Source: an uncultured Nitrososphaerota archaeon
GTDB lineage: Archaea > Korarchaeota > Korarchaeia > Korarchaeales > Korarchaeaceae
Length of the DNA: 64,000 nucleotides
Reading direction: 5' to 3'
NCBI GenBank assembly: GCA_964618805.1
Contig: CAZUBM010000001.1
Span: forward strand, 201,939-265,938
Shown: one piece after another, positions 10,516-19,323 of the stretch
Layout of the letters: the number at the start of each line of letters is the position of its first letter
Numbering within the stretch: position 1 is the first letter of the stretch
The notes under the pieces: generated by a model
Told to the model about the DNA's origin: nothing
The model's input: only the letters and a program-made list of their open reading frames with translations
Database searches by the model: none
Program-made: the position numbers and the translations under genes

Positions 10516-11271
10516 CTAAGGCATTAAAACAGCTTTAAACAATTCTATAGATCTACCAGACGATGTGCAACAGATCTCAGGCATTCTCTCTATTAATATC
10601 TGGGAGAAGTAGTTTGCAGCAAGTTTTTGGAACTCTACAGGATCAAATCCTGAGTGAACATCACCCATTTCTCTTCTAAATTCTTCAAACTGGTGTTTGC
10701 AAAGGTCAATTATGATAACTCGGCCGCTTGGCTTAACACTTTCTCTTAGGCTAGAAAAAGCATTTTTAACTTCCTTAACATGATGTAGTGTGAGGATTGA
10801 GATAATGACATCAAACTTATCTGGGAGAGCAAAATAACGAGAGGAGTAAAGGACACTCTCCCTTATTTTCTCCATAATTCCAATAATTGGAATTATATCT
10901 CTTCTCCTGGATGCAAGAACTTTAAGCATATCAGGCGTTAGATCCATCGCAAAAAAACTAGCATTTGGTAAGAAAGATCTGATCCTATCCATTATTTTTT
11001 CAGTTAGGAGACCAGTTCCTGCTCCAACATCAAGTATGTCAAGCAACCTATCGCTGGGAGGAATAGCTAAAGATTCTAGAACAGAATCCACTATTCTCTC
11101 GATACCTTTTGGCCCAAAGTAATCTAACAAAATCTTATCTCTCTTTTGGGCCTCTTTTAATGAGAAATGCTTAGCTTGACTAAGATAGTTTTCAATATTG
11201 TTTATCTTGAGTTCTGTTAGTAAATCCTTTAGATTAAAAGACTCTAAGTATGATTGCACACAGCTGTACAT
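10516..11271 (-). CDS. Class I SAM-dependent methyltransferase
   Basis: ILDVGAGTG motif I; FDVIISILTLHHV; VKPSGRVIIID. Confidence 0.85.
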   Translation of the reverse strand: MYSCVQSYLESFNLKDLLTELKINNIENYLSQAKHFSLKEAQKRDKILLDYFGPKGIERIVDSVLESLAIPPSDRLLDILDVGAGTGLLTEKIMDRIRSFLPNASFFAMDLTPDMLKVLASRRRDIIPIIGIMEKIRESVLYSSRYFALPDKFDVIISILTLHHVKEVKNAFSSLRESVKPSGRVIIIDLCKHQFEEFRREMGDVHSGFDPVEFQKLAANYFSQILIERMPEICCTSSGRSIELFKAVLMP

Positions 11272-11749
11272 CTAGGGAAGTTGCATGTATTCTTTAAAAG
11301 ACTCCTTTAGCAAAAATGCAAGATCTCTTTTTATTTTTCTAGAGAACATTTCCCTAAAATGAATATTTCCTAAAAAGGAGGTTGAAGAGCATAAGAGCAA
11401 CTTAAGAAGAGGTTTTCAGATCATAATAGATGGAAGATCACTACAAAATGGTGATCTTATTAATAGGCTGCATAAACCTTAGCCTTGATCCTAACTCGGA
11501 GGAGGCATCGAAGCATTGGATTCGAACAAAATCTGTTAAATAGGATCATAAAGACACTAAAAAAGCAATGAATAACATAGTGAGAGATAAGAGTTTCTGG
11601 GGCCATAGAGATTGCCGCAATTGCGTTGTTGATGACCAAAGCATGTTTATGTTTCTGAGAAATGTAGATAGCTCAAATCAATTGACAGATCTTTGCCGAA
11701 ATATGCAGGGATTTATTTAGTAAGAACAAAAGTTAGCAGTTGGTGAAAG

Positions 11750-12526
11750 ATGCAGGTAGATTTGATCCTCCCAACGGTATCTTTAATCTTCCTTAACTTT
11801 GTAGTTTGGACTTATCCTCGATTAGAGCCCAGAATGAAGCAATTTTTGGAAGAGGGAGAATTCTCGGTCAAAGATGCGCTAGCATTAGCTCTTGTTTTGG
11901 CAGGTGCCATCGTTATCTTAGCCCTATCTCCAAGCGCTCTCCTTCTAATTCTTTCTATGATAGGAATAGGTTTTGTTCTCAATCTAACTTCATTAATTAT
12001 AACTGGGAACCGCTGGATTTCTGTGATTTTGCCGAGCACCTTTTATGTATGCTTCTTCTTTTTCTGGAACTTAAAGCTTCTGAATTTATTTGCGATAGTC
12101 TTAGCATTTGGGGCTTCATTGATCCTAGCAAACGTATTTACCTGGAAGTCTTCCCTAGCATTCGTTGCCATCCTTACATTGATTGACATCATACACGTAT
12201 TTGGCACTAAGATGATGGTAGAAGTCGGTCAAAAAGGAATTCAGCTTGGACTGCCGATTATGCTATTGTTGCCAGCCTATCCTGCAAGAGGCTACTTAGG
12301 ATTTGGTCTAGGTGACTTGTTTGTAGCATCCCTAATTACAGTTAGAAACTGGGAAAAGTTTGGTGGAAGAGCTGGATTAGTAACCTCTATTCATATCGCT
12401 ATATTCCTAGGGTTAATGATACCGGTTGTTGAAAGGTTTGGAGCATTGCCTGCTACCGTCTTTATCTCTGCTGGTTGGGTTACTTCATATATCCATATGA
12501 AAATTATGAGAGAAAGGAATTCATGA
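11750..12526 (+). CDS. Presenilin/signal-peptide-peptidase-like intramembrane aspartyl protease (A22)
   Basis: About 9 TM; LIDIIHVFGT (YD-type Asp), GLGD catalytic motif, LPAT (PAL-like) in the last TM. Confidence 0.8.
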   Translation: MQVDLILPTVSLIFLNFVVWTYPRLEPRMKQFLEEGEFSVKDALALALVLAGAIVILALSPSALLLILSMIGIGFVLNLTSLIITGNRWISVILPSTFYVCFFFFWNLKLLNLFAIVLAFGASLILANVFTWKSSLAFVAILTLIDIIHVFGTKMMVEVGQKGIQLGLPIMLLLPAYPARGYLGFGLGDLFVASLITVRNWEKFGGRAGLVTSIHIAIFLGLMIPVVERFGALPATVFISAGWVTSYIHMKIMRERNS

Positions 12527-12737
12527 CTCCCTATTCATGTCCTTCAATCCTCCTGTCAATAGAAGATAAAGCCTTAGAAGATTAGATATAACCGCGGTTC
12601 TCCGAATCACTTAATGATTCTTTCTCCTCAATTAGGAAAGTTGCAAAAAGGTTCTTAATTCCCTAGATAATTAAACTATGGCTTTTGAATAATATTTTAT
12701 CGTTTCATAGCAGAAACAGGAATTGGTGCATTAAGAG

Positions 12738-13370
12738 TTGAAGGCGCTTATTACCGGATTCGAAAAGTGGGGTGAGGAACCGGGAAATCCAACTGAAAGG
12801 CTTGTAAGCATATTAGATGGTAAAAAAGTAAATGGCATGGAGATCCACGCATTTCTACTTCCAGTAGCCTTTAAAAGAGCTAGAAAAGAGATTATATCAA
12901 GGATTGAGCAGATAAAGCCCGATATCATAATTAACACTGGTCTGGCCGCCAGCAGACTTGTTATCTCTATAGAAAGGGTTGCCGTGAACATAATCGATGC
13001 AAGACTTCCAGATAACGATGGTGTAAGGCCAATAGACGAACCAATAGATCCGGAGGGTCCCTTTGCATATCCCTCAACTTTACCTACTAGAAGAATTCTA
13101 GAACGCCTAAAGTCGAGTGGAATACCGGCAAAATTATCTTACTCTGCAGGAACGTACTTATGCAACTTTGTCATGTACCTCTCTTTAAGAACGATAGATA
13201 AGCTTGGAATGCACTCTCTTGCTGGTTTTATTCACGTTCCGCACACACCGGATTTAGCCGCAAAGAAAGATAAACCTACACCGAGTATGTCAATAGATTT
13301 GATGGAAAAGGCCATTAAGATAGCACTAGAGGAGAGCTCTACATATCTTTCTAATAGAATTAGAAGTTAA
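12738..13370 (+). CDS. pcp: Pyroglutamyl-peptidase I
   Basis: LITGFE..NPT, ERVAVN, SAGTYLCNFVMY (catalytic Cys), GFIHVP (catalytic His). Confidence 0.95.
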   Translation: MKALITGFEKWGEEPGNPTERLVSILDGKKVNGMEIHAFLLPVAFKRARKEIISRIEQIKPDIIINTGLAASRLVISIERVAVNIIDARLPDNDGVRPIDEPIDPEGPFAYPSTLPTRRILERLKSSGIPAKLSYSAGTYLCNFVMYLSLRTIDKLGMHSLAGFIHVPHTPDLAAKKDKPTPSMSIDLMEKAIKIALEESSTYLSNRIRS

Positions 13371-13461
13371 GGCCAAATATCAAGCAATGAAAAGAGGAAT
13401 GAAGTGATTAAAGCAAGCCTCCCCTATAAATAGAGGTAAGATCCTATCCAAACGATCTAAG

Positions 13462-14354
13462 TTGTCAGCATCAAAAAGGACAATTGCTCTCACCGAGGCT
13501 CTTATCACTACGTTTCTATGGTCTTCTTCTTACATTTTGATAAAACGTGGGCTTGTGACCATAAGTCCCCTTCTATTTGCGGGCACTAGGTACTTTCTAG
13601 CCTTTCTTTGTCTCTTAGCTGTTTTTACTTTGACTAAGAGAGCCCTTCCCTCAATAGAAGGAAAGCAATGGGCTTATTTGGCATGTTTGGGGCTTTCAGG
13701 ATATGCAGGAATGCCAGCATTCCAGTTCTTAGGATTACTTTATCTTGGGGCAACCGATTCTGCATTTATCTCGAACTTCAATCCCCTATTTGTTGCTCTC
13801 ATTTCATGGATCGTGAAAAAGAGGTCTCATGGAAAAAGGCAGTGGACTGGGTTTTTTCTTTCATTAATTGGAGCTACTATCTATTTTTTCCTGAAATACA
13901 GCTAAGATCAAGGGATAAAGCCCTAGGTATAGCTCTAACAGCCATTTCTGGCCTCTTTTGGGGGATCTACATGGTATTAGCTGAAAAAAGAACATCAGAA
14001 GAGTTAGATGTCCTGTCAAGAACGACAATCTCAATGGGTTTAGGAAGCGTTCCTCTTCTGCTCCTTTCCTTTTTAGTTGAGGGAACAAGGCTTGTCAAGT
14101 CATCTTGGATTTACATCTTGTGGTTAGGGATAGTGAATACAGCAATAGCCTTTACATTATGGATTCGTTCTCTCGAAGAACTTAGGGCTTTTGAGACATC
14201 AATCCTGCAGAATACTATGTTAATTCAAATAGCCCTGCTTTCTATGCTATTCTTGGACGAAGCCCTATCTTTTAACAAGATAATAGGCATGATCCTCGTG
14301 CTTACGGGAGCTATCTTGGCGCAAAAAACCAAAAAGGGCTCAAGGCAAATCTAA
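13462..14354 (+). pseudogene. DMT/EamA transporter split by a -1 frameshift near 13884-13891
   Basis: First EamA repeat in the 13462 frame, second in the 13668 frame; joined length about 297 aa, typical of EamA. Confidence 0.8.
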
Positions 14355-14379
14355 GGATTCTATGAAAATCCTAGAGGAT

Positions 14380-15072
14380 TTACTCGCGCTCCATCAAAGG
14401 AACTATGCGCTCAAGTACATAGTTGATGAAAGTCTCCTCATCTATCTTACTGAAAATAGTCACAACACAGTTTCTAGTTAGCCCAACAACCAATCCGTAC
14501 TTCTTATCCTCAAAGACAACATACCAGATTTTTCCATGTTTGAGGTATTCGTGATATAATGTAGTATCTTGAAGAGCATTTCCATAGAGGGCCAGCTTAT
14601 TTATGTTTGGCAAATCGACCTGATCGAAATATATAACTTTAGTAGCCTCAGGATTGGATTCATGTAGCTCTTTTAGAGTCTCATGAGTTATCTTAGCCTC
14701 TACTACGGCTCCTGGTCCTGGAATTATTATCTCACCAAGCTTTGAGGCTATGTTATTCGCTATTCTCCACTTTTCAACAACAAAAAGCAATGTTATTCCT
14801 TCTCTCTCGGTAAAAAAGAAGCCTGACTCCCTCGTGAATAGGTTGTATCTTAGCTCTCCTCTATAAGTCGTTGGGATGACCTTGTCCTCAGAGTAAATCC
14901 CCCACAAGAGGTCTTTTCTGAAGTCAAGCTCTCTTACTTCACTCATTAACTTAATCTCCTGTCCTCCATATTCTTCAACTCTTTCCATTTTCCAATCTTT
15001 CAATTTTTCAGCAATCAGTTCTAATGGAACCCTTTCCTCCAACTTGAAAAGCTTTCCTGCTAAAACCATCAA
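14380..15072 (-). CDS. Hypothetical soluble protein divergent from the SMC cluster
   Basis: 230-aa ORF with typical codon/aa usage; family not recognised. Confidence 0.75.
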   Translation of the reverse strand: MMVLAGKLFKLEERVPLELIAEKLKDWKMERVEEYGGQEIKLMSEVRELDFRKDLLWGIYSEDKVIPTTYRGELRYNLFTRESGFFFTEREGITLLFVVEKWRIANNIASKLGEIIIPGPGAVVEAKITHETLKELHESNPEATKVIYFDQVDLPNINKLALYGNALQDTTLYHEYLKHGKIWYVVFEDKKYGLVVGLTRNCVVTIFSKIDEETFINYVLERIVPLMERE

Positions 15073-15376
15073 CGTAGAAATTCACAGATAATATTAAACA
15101 ATATCTTGTGAAAATCCATGCTCTTCTCATGACCAAATTTTGGCCTTCAAGCACGAGACATAAAAATAAAGAATATTCATGATCTCATTCTCTAGATGAT
15201 GATTTATAGATAAGTTGATGGTCTGAACAGGCAAATTAGGATATAATGGTAGTAAAGAGATGGGGAGGAAGAAAATAAGCATGACATCGGACGAACCCAG
15301 ACCTACAAATTCTTTTTAGGTCAGGATAAGTTCATGTCTTCCAAGGTAGGAGAACGTATTATCAAGGAGACCAACG

Positions 15377-17191
15377 ATGCCATCTACTTACATCAAGGAG
15401 GTTGTGCTAGAGGACTTCATGTCATACGAATACTCAAGAGTACCGCTTAAACCAGGTCTTAACATAATAACTGGCCCTAATGGAGCTGGAAAGTCCTCAA
15501 TAATCCTTGGAATAGCTGTCGCAATGGGTCAGACATACACTGAGAGGTCCAGAAGGCTCAGAGATCTAATTAGAAGGGGAAAAAATGTTGCTCGTGTTAC
15601 CGTAGTGCTTGATAATAGGCCAGTTGATGGAAAGAGGCCCATTCCCTTTTCGAGAAAGGATGAGGTCAGAATATCTCGATATTTGAGATCTGACGGAACA
15701 TATTGGTTTGAAATGGACTACAAACCGATAGATAAGGCGGAAGTTGTCTACAGACTTTCTCGCCTTGGAATAAATCCTAACAACATGCTGATTATAATGC
15801 ATCAAGGGATGGTAAGCGATTTCAGTCGTCTTTCTCCACAAGATAGGTTGAAGTTGGTAGAGGAGGCGGCTGGATTACACGAATATAGAGAAAGGATTCT
15901 AGATGCTAGAAAAAAGTTAGAGGAGATCGTTAGTGAAGAAGAGTCCCTAAAGGAGCTGCTATCAAAGAGCGAAAAGACGATGGGATACTGGGAAGAGCAA
16001 TACAGTAGATTGCTTGAGAAAAGGGAGCTCAGAGAAAAACTTAGAAAGCTGAGACTTGAGCTGGCATGGTCAAAGTGGAACTTACAACTGAAGAATGTTG
16101 AGAAGATAAGGACCAGGATAGCTCAAAGAGAGTTAGAAGCCAATAAACTGCAAAAAAGGCTGAATGAAGCAGAAAAAACGGCTAAAGAAGCTAGAGAAGA
16201 GCTAAAGAAATCATGGAAGTCCTTAGAGGAGGCCTTCCTTGATCTCTCCATCGAGGAGAGAGCGCTAGGTAGAATGGAAGCATCCTCAGGAGAATTGATA
16301 AAAGAAGCGATGAAAAGCGTGGAGACTGCAAGAGCTAAAGTAGAGGCCCTAAAATCATCGTTCTTCAAGAAACAGGAGGAATTAATAGAAGCATCCGTCG
16401 AGAGAGCTTTAAGTGAGTTCAGGCTGAAGATGATTAGAAGTGAGATATCAAAACTTAAGAGAAAATTATCAGAAGCCGAGCAAAAACTCTTAGATATCGA
16501 AAATGAAGCTAAGAATCTAGGACCTAAAGTAGAGACAGAAAGATCTCCTGATGAAATAATACAAGAGATAAGGTTTGCCTCGGCTAGACTCTCTACACTA
16601 ACCGATGTCTCAGATGACACGGAGCAAATGTATCTAAACTATTCAAAAATGCTTGAAGAACTCAGAGAAAAAGTAAGAATCCTTGCGGAGAACAAAAGAG
16701 CAGCAATCAAGGAACTAGAGGAGAGAAGTAGACTCTGGAGAAGGAGACTTAAGTCCTTAGTAAGTGAGATAAATAAGACTTTTAACGACATACTTGAGAG
16801 GCTTGACGCCAAGGGAGAGGTCAGACTAACGGATCTGGAGGATGTTGAGAAGGCTGGCCTCAGAATATTCGTAGGTTATAGAGGATCCCCCCTTGCTGAA
16901 CTAGATCCTTTCACACAAAGCGGAGGAGAAAGAAGTACTGCAATTATAGCCTTTCTCCTCTCCCTTCAAAAACAAATGAAATCTCCAATAAGAGTAGTGG
17001 ACGAATTTGATGTTCACATGGATCCAGCCAATAGGGAAAGAATATTCGAGCAAATATTTGAGATTCTAAAGGAAGCAGGAGGACAGAGCATTTTTGTTAC
17101 TCCTAGAAGACTGGTGGGATTAAAGAAGGGCACACATATCATCGTAGTCCAAAATGTTGAAGGAGCATCGGAGATTCGGGAAGTTAGTTAA
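15377..17191 (+). CDS. SMC-like ATPase, SMC5/6-related (coalescin/ClsN-like), short coiled coil, no hinge
   Basis: Walker A GPNGAGKS, Q-loop MHQG, about 300-aa heptad-rich centre, signature QSGGERS, Walker B/D-loop VVDEFDVHMD; SD AAGGAG. Confidence 0.9.
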   Translation: MPSTYIKEVVLEDFMSYEYSRVPLKPGLNIITGPNGAGKSSIILGIAVAMGQTYTERSRRLRDLIRRGKNVARVTVVLDNRPVDGKRPIPFSRKDEVRISRYLRSDGTYWFEMDYKPIDKAEVVYRLSRLGINPNNMLIIMHQGMVSDFSRLSPQDRLKLVEEAAGLHEYRERILDARKKLEEIVSEEESLKELLSKSEKTMGYWEEQYSRLLEKRELREKLRKLRLELAWSKWNLQLKNVEKIRTRIAQRELEANKLQKRLNEAEKTAKEAREELKKSWKSLEEAFLDLSIEERALGRMEASSGELIKEAMKSVETARAKVEALKSSFFKKQEELIEASVERALSEFRLKMIRSEISKLKRKLSEAEQKLLDIENEAKNLGPKVETERSPDEIIQEIRFASARLSTLTDVSDDTEQMYLNYSKMLEELREKVRILAENKRAAIKELEERSRLWRRRLKSLVSEINKTFNDILERLDAKGEVRLTDLEDVEKAGLRIFVGYRGSPLAELDPFTQSGGERSTAIIAFLLSLQKQMKSPIRVVDEFDVHMDPANRERIFEQIFEILKEAGGQSIFVTPRRLVGLKKGTHIIVVQNVEGASEIREVS

Positions 17192-17357
17192 ATTTCTTTA
17201 ACAAATTTAACTTAAATTGCAATATCTCCTTTACAAGGAACAGTGCCTAAGCAATAGGAATAAGATTATTTGAAGAACAAGAAGCCTTTCCTCATGGAAA
17301 TCTTCCCTCAAACTTTTATTTTTTCAAGAATCACTTCACCGGCTCAGGTGGCTATTC

Positions 17358-17726
17358 ATGCCGACGCTTAGTTCTAATATTAACTCCCTTTTAGAACAGT
17401 TTGTAAAACGCACGCTCGGAATGGAGGCAGTAGCTCTGGTTACGATGGATGGCCTGATAATGGCCTCCTCACTACCATCTGGTGCAGGAGAAGAGAGAGT
17501 AGCAGCGATGTCTTCTGCTCTGCTTAGTATTGCTTCAAGGATAACAGAAGAATTAGAAAGGGGAGAATTCAAAAGAGCTTTGGTAGCCGGTTCTGAAGGG
17601 TTCATCGTTTTAGTTCCCTCTAGTTCTGGTTTTCTTCTAACCGCGGTATGTTCTAAGGACGCAAGGCTCGGCATGGTACTTTTTGAAATAAATAAGCTAG
17701 CTACTTTCTTATCAAGGGAATCATGA
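17358..17726 (+). CDS. Roadblock/LC7 (MglB-like) protein
   Basis: AVALVTMDGLIMASSLP, RVAAMSSALLS...ELERGE, LGMVLFEI pattern; SD GGTGG. Confidence 0.9.
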   Translation: MPTLSSNINSLLEQFVKRTLGMEAVALVTMDGLIMASSLPSGAGEERVAAMSSALLSIASRITEELERGEFKRALVAGSEGFIVLVPSSSGFLLTAVCSKDARLGMVLFEINKLATFLSRES

Positions 17727-17914
17727 CCTACTTCTGACTAGGATGGAACTTAGAGCTCTTTTTTCCCTAAGGAAGGATATTACTTTATGGATTGTGCTGC
17801 CTCAGGAAATTTCCACTAATTAGTCAAACTAACTCTTATTCATGTTCTAGAGATTGTAACATCCTTTATTAACGATAGTCAATTCACTGGTGTTGATCAT
17901 CACTTACAAGTAAG

Positions 17915-18730
17915 GTGCCTCTAATGAGGTCTAGACTAAAGAAGAGAAGGGAGATCTTGCTAAGGATCTTGGACTTATGCGAGAAGGCTATAAAGGAGGA
18001 GGCGGATCCCTTTCAAGTCGATGTTGTCCAGTTATTTGGGAAATTGAGGGAATTGCTTCCAGAATTGGAGACAGAAGAGGAGTTTTACTTAGATCTAGAA
18101 GCAGTTTTAGGCCTTACTTCAGTAATTTTGAAGCAGGAAGAATGGATTCGATATAGATCATCCCTTATGTTCCTAGACCCTCTTTTGGTCCTTCTAAAGA
18201 TAGAGAAACTAGGTGATAAAGACCTTGCCGATGTGCTGAGGAGGAGTTGGAGGCCGATTGTAGAGGCCAGAGGGGTTTCTCCACTATTCCTGGAAAAGGC
18301 AGTGGAATATTGGAGGACCCTTCCTGCTCTTGAGGAAAGAAGATTAGAATTAGGAGAAATGGAGGAACGGACAGGAACTCTAACTCTTTCTGATCTAGCA
18401 ACTTTAGGATTTGCTTCCGAAGACGAATTCTTATCTTTCCTGGAATCTGAGGAAGAGAGACTAAAGGAAGAAGCCAAGAAGAGGGGAGGAGAAGTTCCTT
18501 ATTGGGAGTTTATTGGAGCTGAAACCTTTGAAGAGACTATAAAAAGAGCCTATCTTGTTAGTTTCCTTTGTAGTTATGGGAGGGCAACAATAAGGAGAGA
18601 TCCTCTCTCTGGTGAGATGTGGCTCGTCCCCTTGAAGAAACCACTAGGTACTAAGGTTTCCCTCGCAATACCTATAGATGAGGAGAGGTGGAAAAGGAGG
18701 AATGTCGGAGGAGGCAGAGCTAAGAGCTAA
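17915..18730 (+). CDS. Kleisin (ScpA-like N-terminus, Nse4-like C-terminal winged helix)
   Basis: N-terminal DPFQVDVVQL resembles ScpA DPWDIDIV; C-terminal PYWEFI..TFEETIKRAYLVSFL...GRATI; position next to SMC. Confidence 0.75.
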   Translation: MPLMRSRLKKRREILLRILDLCEKAIKEEADPFQVDVVQLFGKLRELLPELETEEEFYLDLEAVLGLTSVILKQEEWIRYRSSLMFLDPLLVLLKIEKLGDKDLADVLRRSWRPIVEARGVSPLFLEKAVEYWRTLPALEERRLELGEMEERTGTLTLSDLATLGFASEDEFLSFLESEEERLKEEAKKRGGEVPYWEFIGAETFEETIKRAYLVSFLCSYGRATIRRDPLSGEMWLVPLKKPLGTKVSLAIPIDEERWKRRNVGGGRAKS

Positions 18731-19262
18731 GTTGAAGAGAGCGGCTCACATGCTCTTCTTCAGAACTCACTCTAAGCCAGGAGTCAAGGGATGGGAACTC
18801 AAAAAGGGCCTCGGAAAGAACTACCTTCAGGTAATTGACCTACTTAACAAGGAGTTGGAAAGGATAGGTCTTAGGATAGAAACGATCTCGCAGGAAGGAG
18901 GGAAGCCTAAGAACGAGAAAGATTTCCTTTACAGCAGCTTTTTCATAACCTTTAAGGACCCTCCAGACTGGCCTGAGGTACGAGGTTCTGGATGGAGGAT
19001 AGATGAAATGGCAGCACTAACAGCATGCCTCTCTCTAATCCTCTCAAGAGGAGGAAAAGTTAAGAGAAAGGAGATAGATGAGCTACTTGAGAAGAAAATA
19101 CCTTCTTGGAGGGCTAGAGCGATAACTGAGAGATTCTTTAGACTGGGATACCTTTCTCTTGGTGAAGAGGACGGAGTTATTGTTGGTTGGAGGAGCAGAG
19201 TGGAGATAGATCTACAAAAACTCATGAATCTGCTTTTAGGTAGGGAAACAGAGGGTAATTAG
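18702..19262 (+). CDS. KITE tandem winged-helix protein (Nse3/MAGE- or Nse1-like; ScpB position)
   Basis: ATG 18702 after SD GGAGG, overlapping the kleisin end; LSLILSRGG..ITERFFRLGYL..VGWRSRVEI pattern. Confidence 0.7.
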   Translation: MSEEAELRAKLKRAAHMLFFRTHSKPGVKGWELKKGLGKNYLQVIDLLNKELERIGLRIETISQEGGKPKNEKDFLYSSFFITFKDPPDWPEVRGSGWRIDEMAALTACLSLILSRGGKVKRKEIDELLEKKIPSWRARAITERFFRLGYLSLGEEDGVIVGWRSRVEIDLQKLMNLLLGRETEGN

Positions 19263-19323
19263 ATAATTTTGAAAGTATAAACTTATAATTCAGCAAAATC
19301 CTAAAGTAGTTAAGGTGTAGTTC

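Noticed and set aside
15195-15230. Possible C/D-box sRNA (ATGATGA...CTGA)
   Set aside because: Too short, and no proper D'/C' pair or second guide
15377-19262. Wadjet/MksBEFG defence system or Rad50-Mre11
   Set aside because: No JetD/MksG Toprim nuclease, gene order differs, no zinc hook, and no mre11/herA/nurA nearby
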